64,000 nt of DNA, taken from the NCBI GenBank assembly GCA_030390025.1, contig CM059431.1, positions 110,424,001 to 110,488,000 of the forward strand. The letters are read 5' to 3'. The position numbers were made by a program, and so were the translations under genes. The notes below the pieces were generated by a model. It saw only the letters and a program-made list of their open reading frames with translations, had not been told where the DNA came from and did not search any database. This DNA comes from Squalus acanthias. Taxonomy: Eukaryota. Of this stretch, positions 37,690 through 49,792 are shown one piece after another (positions within the stretch are counted from its first letter, which is position 1; the number at the start of each line of letters is the position of its first letter).

Positions 37690-38017
37690 GGCTATGGGGC
37701 GAATGCAGGGCAGTGGGATGAGTTTGGGATTGATACAGTGGTATAGGGAGAGAGGGGCAGTGGGATTAGTTTTTGATTGGTACAAGGCTATGGGGAGAGA
37801 GGGGGGCAGTGGGATTAGTTTTTGATTGGTACAGTGGTATAGGGAGAGAGGGGGGCAGTGGGATTAGTTTTTGATTGGTACAAGGCTATGGGGAGAGAGG
37901 GGGGCAATGGGATTAGTTCTTGATTGGTACAAGGCTATGGGGAGAGAGGGGGGCAGTGGGATTAGTTTTTGATTGGTACAAGGCTATGGGGAGAGAGGGG
38001 GCAGTGGGATTAGTTTT
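37690..38017 (+). repeat. 49-bp G-rich minisatellite (~6-7 units) inside an old SINE (37560-38232)
   Basis: GGTACA recurs at 37779, 37828, 37877, 37926 and 37975. Unit GGTACAAGGCTATGGGGAGAGAGGGGGGCAGTGGGATTAGTTTTTGATT. Confidence 0.95.
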
Positions 38018-38640
38018 CAATTGATAGTGCTATCAATCAACTCCACTAAAAACAGATTAACTGGTCATTTATTTCATTTCTGTCTGTGGGACCTTGCTGT
38101 GTGCAAAATGGGTGTTGCATTTGCCAATATAGCAATAATCACTCTACTTCAAAAAATGATTAAATTAAATATGAAGTATTTTGGGATGTGCTGACAGGTG
38201 TGATTGGGCTCTTTAAAAAGCAAGTTTCTTCCTTCCATAATTCCGTAATAGGAAGTTGGAGAAAAAAAATCTACTTTAAATAGAACAAGATTCAGCAATT
38301 CCTTTATAAAGTATAAGCCCCGATGTTCCTCTTCTGTGCGTCCAAGGAAAGCTCGGTTCACAAGTGCAAAGGAGAGGGAAAAGGGCGGAAATCTAGGAAT
38401 CCAGGGTCTCCATCCTCTTTACGTTGACCAGGGATTTCCTCAGGTCACCTGAGGCCAGAGTGGGTGCTCACACCTGGAGAAGGCACAAGCTTGGGACAGT
38501 GATGGAAATGAAGTAGGAGCGGCCTAATGGGGCCTTCCAACTCATTGTCTTCCAGGTATACCAGGTGGGTGTGCATTCGGAGAGTTGCAGTTGAAGTTGG
38601 CGGCAGCCTTTACCTCTGTATCCTTGGGGCTGGAGGCCTT

Positions 38641-38914
38641 GGGCTGGATTTTCATTGACCCATGGAGGCGGGTTTGGAGGCATGTGGGGGGTTAAAATTG
38701 CGAAAACTGGCGGGCAGGCACAAGTCCGCCTCCATGCAATTTTCATTAAATCGTGTCTGCTGGTCCCGACTCCGTCCCACCTTTAAGAGGTGGGATAGGC
38801 TGTTAAGGCCCTTAACAAGCACTAAATTGGTTCTATAGTGCCATCCTTTGTGATTTTAACCCTTTTTCTACGTGAAGCACGCCTGTTGTGAACCACGAAT
38901 GTGAAACCTGGCTT

Positions 38915-38947
<33 letters not shown>

Positions 38948-39357
38948 ATGCATGGATGGATGCATGGATGGATGGATGCATGGATGGATGCATGGATGGA
39001 TGCATATATGGATGGATGCATATATGGATGGATGGAGAGGAGACATATCTGGGAGTGGTGGTGTAAAAATATCTGGGAGCAGACTTAGGGCTACTGCTGC
39101 TCATTTTGCATCCAGGTACTCTCACAGCAAAGGCCAGGCAGTGTTTGAAGACCTTCAATGCAGCAGCAATGATGACATCATCAGAGGCGACTTTCTGACT
39201 GAAAACACTAATTGGTTCATGGGTTACCACATGCTGGAACTCAATTGCCCAATTAGGTGAAAATTGCATCAATCTCCCACATCCAATTGCAGTCGGGTGG
39301 ATAACACGAAAAGCGGATGACACGACCCCAACCCGCCCCAGTATCAAAATCCAGCCC
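38641..39357. mobile_element. Harbinger-type MITE
   Basis: Perfect 12-bp TIR GGGCTGGATTTT / AAAATCCAGCCC. Confidence 0.8.
38909..39035 (+). repeat. Compound microsatellite (GGCT)n(GGAT/GCAT)n
   Basis: Directly visible tetranucleotide runs. Confidence 0.95.
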
Positions 39358-39714
39358 ATAGTGTTTGCTGCTTTTGGACAGCAGCCAAAGGCCCCAAATC
39401 TGCCAGCCATACCCGCTGCTCTATGCCCTTAAGGCCTCCAATTCTACATGCAGGCACATAGCAAGGGTGGGCCTGTGGCTGGGGAATTATGCGTCAGTGT
39501 TAATAATCTGAGGCTGGAAATCCGGATGGGTTCCGGATATGTTAGACAAAGTGCAGTTTGGGCGTGTTATGCCTGATACAGACCCAGTTGAGGGGGAGGG
39601 ATATCGGGGCTATATTATCAACACTGACCTTAATTGCTAGACCAAAGGAGCAGTTTGTTTAATATGGAAAAAAATAACTATTTAAAACTGTGGTCTATGG
39701 TTATTTTGCTGAGT

Positions 39715-39958
39715 ATGATACAGCACAGAAGGAGGCCATTCGGCCCATCATGCCTGTGTCAGCTCTTTGAAAGAGCTCTCCAATTAGTCCCACTAACCTG
39801 CTTTTTCCCGATAGCCCCTGTAAATTTTTCCTCTTCCAGTATTTATCGAATTTCCTTTTGAACGTTACTACTGAATCTGCTTCCACCACCCTTTCAAACT
39901 TTGCATTCCAGATCACAACAACTTAGAATCATAGAATCATAGAATTGTTACAGTGCAG
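39715..39958 (-). mobile_element. CR1 3' end fragments
   Basis: IWNA..ERVVEADS..FKR and (AGAATCAT)n tail. Confidence 0.8.
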
Positions 39959-40159
39959 TATGTAGGGGGTGGTGTGTGGGGTAAGCCTTCACCTCTGACT
40001 CAGTGAGCGGTTCGAATCACTCCCACGCCCCTGGTTCTAGACTTTGGACTTATTTAGGGGTTATTAACAAAGATGCAGTAGACAACAGGTTTTGATGAAA
40101 GAGTTTTGACTTTATTAAAAGGAAAAAAAAGGTAACAAACTTAAAACACACTTAGATGC

Positions 40160-41968
40160 TTAAACACAGGTTGGGGAACACACGGTACAAGCGAGGGAAA
40201 TACCCTTAGAAGAATACTTCACCCCTCCCAATCCCACTTCACTAGCTAGGTTGGACTCTGGAGAACCAGGGATAATGCTCACCAAATGAATCCTTGGGGA
40301 CTTCTTTGCTAGGCTATCCTTCCAGGGATTCCTACAGTCCTTTCTCCAGTGCCCACTCTTCCCGCACCCTGAAGCAGTTACGCTTTGTGTCGGAGGTTTA
40401 CCACCTTCCTGGTGCCACTCCTTCTTATCCTGACTGGGCTTTATTTCATGCACCTTTCCTTTTGGTGGGGGCTCTTCAGCCCCCCTACCGTTCCGGTAGG
40501 CCAGGTTCAGCTGCCTGATCACTGCCTCCTCGGTGACCCGGGGGTCTTTCGGGTCAAACCAAAGCTCAGCCTTGGTTTTTATTCGTGGCAAGCTGTTTGC
40601 CACTAGGCTACGGAGCCAGTGGGCCAGCTCGTCCCTGTTCAGGTTAGCTCGGTCGAGATCCCCATTACAAGCACCCCTGTACACAGGCCACAGCCTGTCT
40701 GCGAAAGCCTGTGGGGTCTCCCCTGCGAACTGCACTGTCCTCTCCAACCGGGAGAAGGGACTACCATCATTCATCCCCATAGCCTCTAAAACCTCCTCTC
40801 TGACGGCAGCATACCCATTCTGCCCTCTCTTGCTCTCGGCAGAGAGGGACTGGTATAGCTTGCCATCTAGTGAGAACAAGAGCATTTTTGCCATCTCAGC
40901 ATCATCACAGTCGTTGATGCCTGCTCCCTGTTCCACTTCCATGAAGTGGACTGAGGGGTCCCCCTTTTGTGTAAGTTTACTCAGGTGGCTTACCATAGCC
41001 CTAAGCTGTTGTGTAACGTGGGGAGCCACAAATTGATTTTCAAGGGGTCCCTGACCTCCACCACCTGTGGGCGGGCCAAACTTTTGCTCTCATGCTGGGC
41101 ACATCGGCCCCGGCTCCGACCTCTCCTGCATCGGTTTGCCCCCCTCTCCCCGCTGCCAGACCGAGTCAAAACTCAGCGCCACAGGTGGTGGTGTGCACTC
41201 CCTGTCAGCCTCACAGATTGTCTGCCCCTCCTGCTGCCTAACCAAGCTTCTCCTTGGCGCCACAGGTGGTGGTCGAACAGTTTCCCCTTGCTCTTCCAGG
41301 TCTACCTGGGCCGCACCCAGGCTTATCAGGCACACCATGCCTTTTGCCTTGGACAGAGCAAGGTTCAGACTCTCAATCTGCTGCTGACAGGGGCCGTGGT
41401 CCCCTACCTCAAACCCCCTAGTGCTGGCTACTCTGTAAGCTGTCTGAACGTCTTTTAACTTCTCTTTAAATTCCCTTAATTGCTTGGCAGGGCGGGTGTT
41501 CTCTTCCCGTAATGCCAGTTCACTACTTTTGGCCTCGGTGGCCTGACACTGGAGGTATCCCTTACTGGCACGGTGTTGCTCTATTATCTGCAACTGTTCC
41601 TGATCTTTTGAGGTTAGCTCTGCTAACAACCTCTCCCCTGCTATGGCTCTGGCATGGGACAGTTGGCTTTCTTCCCTTAGCTCTTCTGTGAGAGTCTGAA
41701 TGCGCTTCCCCATAAGCTGCATCTGTTTCTGGGAGCAGACCAACCATATGGCCTTTTCCACAGACTTTTTATATTCCTTGCTCTCAGTCCATGTAGCTGC
41801 AGCGTCCATAGGACATTCAGCATGCCACAGCCTGAGTACCCATTTCTTGGTTATATTAACCTTTTTGTACACATAGGATGACATCCTCTCTTCCATTTTT
41901 GTTCTCTCCTCAAAACCAGCGTTTACTGCTTCACAACCCTTTTGCCAAGGTTCCGCCACGGTCGCCAT
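40160..41968 (-). pseudogene. gag: gag with one in-frame TGA (41090-41092) and eroded CCHC zinc knuckle, fused to LTR sequence
   Basis: ORFs 41968-41090 and 41029-40160 are in the same frame (60 nt apart). Coiled-coil region, capsid-like helical region, then CGKSGHWRKDC. Confidence 0.8.
41955..41967 (-). promoter_or_regulatory. Primer-binding site, tRNA-Arg(TCG)-like
   Basis: TGGCGACCGTGGC is complementary to ..GCCACGGTCG-CCA, which resembles vertebrate tRNA-Arg(TCG) 3' ends (from memory). Confidence 0.65.
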
Positions 41969-43554
41969 TTTGTAGGGGGTGGTGTGTGGGGTAAGCCTTC
42001 ACCTCTGACTCAGTGAGCGGGTCGAATCGCTCCCACGCCCCTGGTTCTAGACCTTGGACTTATTTAGGGGTTGTGAACAAAGATGCAGTAGACAACAGGT
42101 TTTGATAAAAGAGTTTTGACTTTATTAAAAGGAAAAAAAAGGTAACAAACTTAAAACACACTTAGATGCTTAAACACAGGTTGGGGAACACATGGTACAA
42201 GCGAGGGAAATAACCTTAGAAGAATACTTCACCCCTCCCAATCCCACTTCACTAGCTAGGTTGGACTCTGGAGAACCAGAGATAATGCTCACCAAATGAA
42301 TCCTTGACAGTTGAGAGTTAGGGTTTAGAGTCTTTTGAGTAAAAGGTTTCGTAAGGCCCTTGTTGCCGCGAGGTGTCCGATGGTCACTGAGGCAGTCGCT
42401 CTGGTTTCTTCTTGCGTGTCGGTCTGCTTGTGAAGCTGTTGGCCTTCTTTGTTGAACTTCTTGCTGTAACTCTGCCTCTGTTTAAACTGTCTTCTTCCGA
42501 GCTGTGGAACTGCCTTCTTGCAGAACTGTGGAAACTGCCTTCAGCCTGCTTGTCCTGAACTCTGCAACTCCAGCACTGACTTTTTGCTGAAAACAGGCTT
42601 TTCGATTGAACTGCAGAATTGCCTTCTGTTGAACTTGAACTGTAACTGGAGAACTCGAACTTGTAACTGTTGTAACTGCTTGATGGGCCTTCAATTATAC
42701 TAAATTGAAGTGGCCTTGTCAAAACCAACTCAAATCCTGGTCATTGTAAGACCTCGTTAACAGTAACGACTTTACTAAGTGTCAAATGGCTTGCGTCCTG
42801 TCGATCTCTTCGGTTGATTACAGGTGATTGGTTTCGTGTTTTGGGTTTCTAGGCTGGACTCAGGTTTTTCTATAGAATGTTCCTGAGCGATTTGAATTAT
42901 GCATGGTTTTGATGGGTCTGTGATAGGTTTTAATGGGCCTGTGTTTTGGGTGGGGCTGCCTTCTCCCAGGGTCTATTGTCCAAATGTTAATGCTTGCTGG
43001 GGCTTGAGTGAGGTCATCCTGATTCCCCAGACAATGTAAGTTAACTGCAATACCCAAAATTGCTATTACAGAGGTCGAGCCCACCTCCTGTGCAGCCTTT
43101 TCTCCCTTACAGGTCCAGACATGTCTTTTTAAAATGCCAAAACTTGGTTTTTGGTCTTAAATTCCTTATGTTAGGCCCAAATGCATTTTTATCACTCTGG
43201 GGTAGTTCCAAAGTCCTTTTTCCTTAGGTTTTGGGGATCTGCAAATTTTGGAAACCTTACAGACCCCCCTTCGATACTTTCAGTTCACTACAGTATCGTC
43301 CTGGGTGGACAAAATTCCTGATCCCAGAAAGCCAACCTTCCCCTGTATTACCTAAACTAAAAACCCAAACATACATTCCCCTTTAAATGTGGTGTTTCAG
43401 GTACATACAGGTAAGAATCAATAATACATACACTTCCAAGCACGGAGGGGGTCCAACACCCCTACACCACTTGGAAAACTATAGTACATACATAGTAAAA
43501 TAATACATGATCACAAACTTTATTCATTTTAATAAAAACAAATTAGGGCTCGCC

Positions 43555-43704
43555 TTAAACCTGGCCATAGGCTTTATTGCAATGCTGGTCCCATGCTTTC
43601 TCATGTCGGGACCGGAGCACTCTGTCCTTTCCCTTGCATTTTGTGCACAACAAGTCACCGATGCTCACCCCTACCAGGGCGAGCAGGAGCAGAACCTTTC
43701 TCAT
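43555..43704 (-). CDS. Putative 49-aa signal-peptide ORF in the 3' internal region of the LTR element (env remnant or accessory gene)
   Basis: MRKVLLLLALVGVSIG-DLLCTKC..., 13 nt after acceptor-like TGTTTTGTATGTCCCTACAG (AG at 43719-43718), upstream of the PPT. Confidence 0.35.
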   Translation of the reverse strand: MRKVLLLLALVGVSIGDLLCTKCKGKDRVLRSRHEKAWDQHCNKAYGQV

Positions 43705-43929
43705 GCCGATTTCCTTTCTGTAGGGACATACAAAACAGACAGCCATGTCCCGAGAAGGTTCTCTGGCTGGACAGGTGATCGATTCTTGAGAAACTTTCAA
43801 ACTTACTCACTAAAATCCTTAATTCTTAAAAATCCTAAAACTACCAAACTGTAAAACACTTAAAAACGAAAACTCTGTACATTCGCCACCCATCTCCGAG
43901 CGGCCAGACTAAACCCTATTCGGGCTCTG

Positions 43930-44577
43930 CCTTTTGCTTCAGGTACTTATCTAATTCCCTTTTGAAAGCCACGATTGAATCTGCTTCCACCACCCTTTCA
44001 GGCAGTGCATTCCAGATCATAACCACTCGCTGCATAAAAAAGTTTTTCCTCATGTCGCCTTTGGATCTTCTGCCAATCACCTTAAATCTGCGTCCTCTGG
44101 TTCTCGACCCTTCTGCCAATGGGATCAGTTTCTCTCTATCTACTCTGTCTAGACCGCTCATGATTTTGAACACCTCTATCAATCTCAGCTCAATCTTCAC
44201 TGCTCGAAGGAGAACAACCCCAGCCTCTCCAGCCTATCCATGTAACTGAAGTCCCTCATCCCTGGAACCATTTTTGTAAATCTTTTCTGCACCCTCTCTA
44301 AGGCCTTCACATCCTTCCTAAACTGCGTTGTCCAGAATTGGACACAATACTCCAGTTGAAGCCGAACCAGTGTTTTATAAAGGTTCATCATAACTTCCGT
44401 GCTTTTGTACTCTATGCCTCTATTTATGAAGCCCAGTATCTCGTAAGCTTTTTGAACTGCTTTCTCAACCTACCCTGCCATCTTCAACAATTTGTGCACA
44501 TATACCCCCAGGTCTCTCTGTTCCTGCACCCCCTTTAGAAGTGTACCCTTTAGGTTATATTGCCTCTCCTCGTTCTT
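43930..44577 (-). mobile_element. CR1 3' fragment
   Basis: [17 protein letters not shown] and RKNFFMQRVVMIWNALP. Confidence 0.9.
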
Positions 44578-47120
44578 CATAGAATCATAGAATGGTTACA
44601 GCACAGAAGAAGGCCTTTCGGCCCGTCGAGCCCGTGCCCGCTCTCTGCAAGAGCACTTCAGCTAGTCCCACTCTCCCACCCTTTCCCCGTAGCCCTGCAA
44701 ATGTTTTTCTTTCAGGTACTTATCCAACTTCCCTTTGAAAGCTGTGATTGAGTCTGCCTCCACCACCCTTTCAGGCAGTGCATTCCAGATCCTAACCACT
44801 CGCTGATTAAAAAGTTTTTTCTTATGTCGCCTTTGGTTCTTTTGCCAACCACCTTAAATCTGTGCCCTCTGGTTATCGACCCTTACGCCAACGGGAACAG
44901 TTTCTCTCTATCTACTCTGTCCAGACCGCTCATGATTTTGAACACCTCTATCAAATCCCCTCTCAATCTTCTCTGCTCTAAGGAGAACAACCCTCGCTTC
45001 TGTAAGCATCAGCGCAGGCCCCAAGGATTTTTTTTGTATCGGACATTTTGTATGATTGTTGCTGCTGATTGACCAGCAGCCTGTTTGGAGAAGATGGGAG
45101 GGGCCCAGGTGTTCGTGATGGACAGGAGATTCCAGCCAGGCCGACAAACTGATTACGGGAGAATGTCTGAGCAGACAGAGTTCTCTGGGAAACAATGAGA
45201 TAGCCCCAAAAGGTGGGAACCGGACAAAGGAGGGCCATTGGAAACTAATGGGAAACCACTTAACCCGGGATCGGGTAAGAAGTGCAGCCCATCATCTGCC
45301 ATTAACACTAGCACCTAGATGGGATAGCCCCGAAAGGCGGGAAACCAGACAAAGAAGGGTGATTAAAAAGACATCACTGCACTACACAGACCTTAATGAA
45401 CTTTTAGGGTATAAGAGAAGGCAGCTTTGGCCATTCTCGCTTTCTCTCGCTTGCTCTCGCCTTCGCGTGCCCTCATCTCTGTACCAAGAACCGAGCACTC
45501 CGTCCGGGACGGAGAGAAGAAACCACCACGAGCGACAAGAGCCTCGCCTTGCTCTTCGACTGTAGGAATGAACCTCGAAACTGGGACTTGGATACTGCAT
45601 CGGCGATATGGAACCAGGAGACACGCTCTACACAGGGAAGCAGCGAGCAAGAAAACGGACAATCGGGGTGAGCATTGTCCAAGCCCACGCATCCTTAAGA
45701 CCACCGCTACTGTGTGAGGGGGTGTTGTGTGTCCCAACCAATCCAGAGGGGTTTAGTGGGGAGGTTCTGTGTGTATTATATAGTGTATGTTCCGGGGTTT
45801 GTGGGACAAGTCCATGTTATACTCTGTATCGCAACACAGTGTGATTTTAGGCATCTTAATACGAGACAGGGGCCTGTTCGACGGGCCAAGTTGTATTGTT
45901 GTACTGTTTGTTTTACGCCACCAGGCATTTTACGTACTGGAGGCGGGTGTGTGTGTTAACCTTATTAAACACCGTACGGTTGAGTCTGAAAAGCTTGTCT
46001 GTGTTCCAATCCTGTTCACCGTAATTCCTGTCGTCTAGAACTAAGTAGGAGAGGTGATTCGAACCACCAAGGCAAACCACCTACACTTCTCCAGCCTATC
46101 AACGTAACTGAAGTCCCTCATCCCTGGAATCATTCCACTTCCAAAATGTATCACTTTGCACTTTTCTGCGTTAAACTTCATCTGCCACGTGTCAGCCCAT
46201 TCCACCAGCCTGTCTATGTCCTCTTGAAGTCTATCCCTATTCACCTCACTGTTCACTATACTTCCAAGTTTTGTGTCATCTTCAAATTTTGAAATAGTGC
46301 CCTGTACACCCAAGACAAAGTCATTAATATGTATCAAGAAAAGCAGTGGTCCTAGTACTGGTTCCTGGGGAACACCACTGTATACCTTCCCCCAGTCCGA
46401 AAAACAACCGTTCACCACTACTCTCTGTTTCCTGTCACTTAGCCAATTTTGTATCCATGCTGCCACTGTCCCTTTTATTCCATGGGCTTCAACTTTGCTG
46501 GCAAGCCTATTATGTGGCACTTTATCAAACGCCTTTTGGAAATCCATGCATACCACATTAACCACATTGCCCTCATCAACCCTCTCTATTACCTCATCAA
46601 AAAATTCAATCAAGTTAGTTAAACACGATTTGCCTTTAACAAATCTGTGCTGGCTTCCCTTAATTAATATACACTTGTCCAAGTGACTGTTCATTTTGTT
46701 CCAGATTATAGTTTCTAAAAGCTTCCCCACCACCGAGGTTAAGCTGACTGGCCTCTAGTTGCTGGGTTTATCCTTACACCCTTTTTTGAACAAGGGTGTA
46801 ACATTTGCAATTTTCCAGTCCTCTGGTACCACCCCTCTATCTAAAAAGGATTGGAAGATTATGGCCAGTACCTCCGCAATTTCCACCTCTACTTCCCTCA
46901 GCATCCTAGGATCCATCCCATCAGTCCTGGTGACATATCTACTTTAAGTACAGTCTTTCAAGTACCTCCTCTTTATCAATTTTTATACCATCCAGTATCT
47001 CAACTACCTCCTCCTTCACTATGACTTTGGCAGCATCTTCTTCCTTGGTAAAGACAGATGCAAAGTACTCATTTAGTACCTCAGCCGTACCCTCTGCCTC
47101 CATGCGTAGGTCTCCTTTTT
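44578..47120 (-). mobile_element. CR1 fragment with internal deletion, interrupted by solo LTR
   Basis: CATAGAATCATAGAAT tail at 44578. RT motifs in 46041-46733. Sequence resumes across the LTR. Confidence 0.9.
45001..46085 (+). mobile_element. Solo LTR (1085 bp)
   Basis: TGTAAG...CACCTACA termini, 4-bp TSD CTTC (44997-45000, 46086-46089), TATAAG near 45410, ATTAAA near 45965. Confidence 0.9.
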
Positions 47121-47793
47121 TAAAAATTTGTTTATGGGGATATGGGCATCGCTGGCAAGGCCAGCATTTATGCCCATCCCTAATTGCCCTTCGGAAGGTG
47201 GTGGTGAGCCGCTTTCCTGAACCGTTGCAGTCCGTGTGGTGAAGGTACTCCCACACTGCTGCTAGGGAGGGAGTTCCAGGATTTTGACCCAGCGACGATG
47301 AAGGATCGGCGATATACATCTAAGTCAGGATGGTGTGTGACTTGGAGGGGAACTTGGAGGTGGTGGTGTTCCCATACGTCTGCTGCCCTTGTCCTTCTAG
47401 GTGGAAGAGGTCGCAGGTTTGGGAGGTGCTGCCGAAGAAGCCTTGGCGAGTTGCTGCAGTGCATCTTGTAGATGGTACACACTGCAGCCACGGTACGCCG
47501 GTGGTGGAGGGAGTGAATGTTTAAGGTGGTAGATGGGGTGTCAATCAAGCGGGCTGCTTTGTCCTTGATGATGTCGAGCTTCTTGAGTGTTGTTGGAGCT
47601 GCACTCATCCAGGCAAGAGGAGAGTATTCCATCACACTCCTTACTTGTGCCTTGTAGATGGTAGAAAGGCTTTGGGGAGTCAGGAGGTGAGACACTCGCT
47701 GCAGAATACCTAGCCTCTGACCTGCTCTTGTTGCCACAGTATTTATGTGGCTGGTCCAGTTAAGTTTCTGGTCAATGCTGACCCCCAGGATGT
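47120..47793 (-). mobile_element. Second LINE family 3' fragment
   Basis: TIYKAQVRSVMEYSPLAW..SKSWNSLP; same family as 22078-22952. Confidence 0.9.
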
Positions 47794-47794
47794 T

Positions 47795-48320
47795 CTGAAA
47801 GGATTTTTACTTGTCCTAGCCCCTTTGGGACTATCCCGGATCAGGCGTATTTCTCAGATGTTCACTTTCAACTAAAGATTGAGGTAACCGAATCCTAAAG
47901 ATGCTTAACTGGGTCTAAAGGTCCGGGCTATCTCTCCCTAAAGGAAAGGAACAACCCAAGAATGTTACCGTCCTCCAGATAGCACTTTTAATAAGTTTAG
48001 CCAGACAGTAAAGTCTCGGATATTATAAGGGTCCGGGGATTTCCTTCAGATATGTAACTCTCCACCAAAGAATGTACAAAGATTGGGTTCGCGAGTTATT
48101 GATACAGAAAACTTATATGAGACAATTCTAAAAATATATAGAGATTTATTAAAAAAACCGACATGCAATTTACAGTTGGTGAACCAGTCAATCGCAACAT
48201 TAACAGTTTTAAAAAGAGAAAAACTACAATCTTATTCTTAACAGAGAATCCTACTTATAAATCTTAACTTTGCTACAGTATTACAGTTCTTAAACTTGTC
48301 TATTACAGGATATCCTTCTC
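47795..48320 (-). mobile_element. LTR fragment homologous to 36690-37170
   Basis: Collinear reverse-complement match, e.g. GTTACCGTCCTCCAGATAGCACTTTTAATAAGTTTAG. Confidence 0.8.
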
Positions 48321-48324
48321 TTGA

Positions 48325-48641
48325 GTGCCGGGCTCTTTTGCCGGCATTCCGATCCCCGGTGGTCCAATTGGACCCCGGGTCACGCTGCGCAAGGCCCCTT
48401 CCCTTTAAGAAGGGAAGGAAGGCCAGCAACACTGCCTGCATGGCGGTGCGGCATGTAGCACCGCGATATTCCCTCACAGCTCCCCAAGAGGGTAGCGGGG
48501 CATTTCCAGTAGCGCCCCGCTTCCCTCTTGGGGCGCAACCACTGAATTTCGGCCGTGGGGACGGTAATTTTTCCGGGGCGCTAAAAGTAGCGCTCCGGCG
48601 AAGTTAGTGCCCCAAAGGGGGCGCGACTCAATTTTTCCCCC
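48325..48641. mobile_element. Harbinger end fragment (Myb-side terminus)
   Basis: Ends GGGGCGCGACTCAATTTTTCCCCC followed by TTA; matches 54091-54115 and the reverse of 19549-19680. Confidence 0.8.
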
Positions 48642-48987
48642 TTAGGGTCTTCTGAACTTCCAGTTTTAAGATCCTCTACTGACATACTCAGAGTACAGAC
48701 TGGCACTATTGCCTTACTCGTGTGTGGTAGAATGACAGTAGCTTCAAATTGTTTTCCCAAGGCTAGAAGGATGATCTGTTGTCTGTGTAGAGAATATATA
48801 ACGGCCAATGATCCATAGCTGTATATTTGACTGACAGAATAACTCGTGAACACTGAAATCCCAAAGTTGTACTGAGTTTTGGGGGGGCAATTTTAACCCC
48901 CAAAAATGGGTGGGTTGGGGTCAGGTGGGAGGTTAAAGTATTAAAAATGTGAATCCTGACTCCAACCCACCACTTCGGGGTTTAACA

Positions 48988-49792
48988 TATCCAAGTACTT
49001 TTTAAATGCGATGAGGGTTTCTGCCTCTACCACCCTTTCAGGCAGTGAGTTCCAGACCCCCACCACCCTCTAGGTGAAAAAAGTTCTCCTCAAATCCCCT
49101 CTAATCCTTCTACCCATTACTTTAAATCTATGCCCCCTTTTTATTGATCTCTCTGCTAAGGGAAATAGGTCCTTCCTATCCACTCTATCGCTGCCCCTCA
49201 TAATTTTATACACCTCAATTAAATCTCCCCTCAGTTCCAAAGAAAACAACCCCAGCCTATGCAATCTTTCCTCATAGCTAAAATTCTCCAGTCCTGACAA
49301 CGTCCTCGTAAATCTCCTCTGTACCCTCTCTAGTGCAATCACATCCTTCCTGTAATGTGGTGACCAGAACTCTATGCAGTACTCTAGCTGTGGCCTAACT
49401 AGTGTTTTTTACAGTTCCAGCATAACCTCCCTGCTCTTATATTCTGTGCCTCGGCTAATAAAGGCAAGTATCCCGTATGCCTTCTTAACCACCTTATCTA
49501 CCTGTCCTGCTACCTTCAGGGATCTGTGGACATGCACTCCAATGTCCCTCTGTTCCTCTACACTTATCAGTATCCTACCATTTATTGTGTATTCCCTTGC
49601 CTTATTAGCCCTTCCCAAATGCATTACCTCACACTTCTCTGGATTGAATTCCATTTGCCACATTTCTGCTTACCTGACCAGTCCATTGATATCTTCCTGC
49701 AGTCTACAGCTTTCTTCCTCACTATCAACCATGGGCCCAATTTTTGTATCATCTGCAAACTTCTTAATCATGCCCCCTACATTGAAGTCTAA
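48988..49792 (-). mobile_element. CR1 fragment hosting the Penelope and Harbinger insertions
   Basis: KFADDTK, WQMEFNPEKCEV and RRFTR motifs. A short continuation (GTCTAAATCATTGATAT) lies at 54340-54356. Confidence 0.9.

Larger units (their letters stand above)
39961..43915 (-). mobile_element. Rearranged LTR retroelement: 3' internal region + PPT - full LTR (43261-41971) - PBS - gag - partial LTR (40296-39961)
   Basis: Direct repeat 39961-40296 vs 41971-42306 (about 9 mismatches by eye). TGTAAGG..CCTACA LTR. PBS TGGCGACCGTGGC 3 nt after the LTR. Purine tract GAAGGGGGG just before it. Confidence 0.9.

Noticed and set aside
38822..39410. ORFs with HPSI/WMDG/QPAS repeats
   Set aside because: They are translations of the tetranucleotide microsatellite.
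41090..41092. Programmed stop-codon readthrough in gag
   Set aside because: The stop is mid-gag, not at a gag-pol boundary, and has no recognised readthrough context. CpG decay is the simpler explanation.
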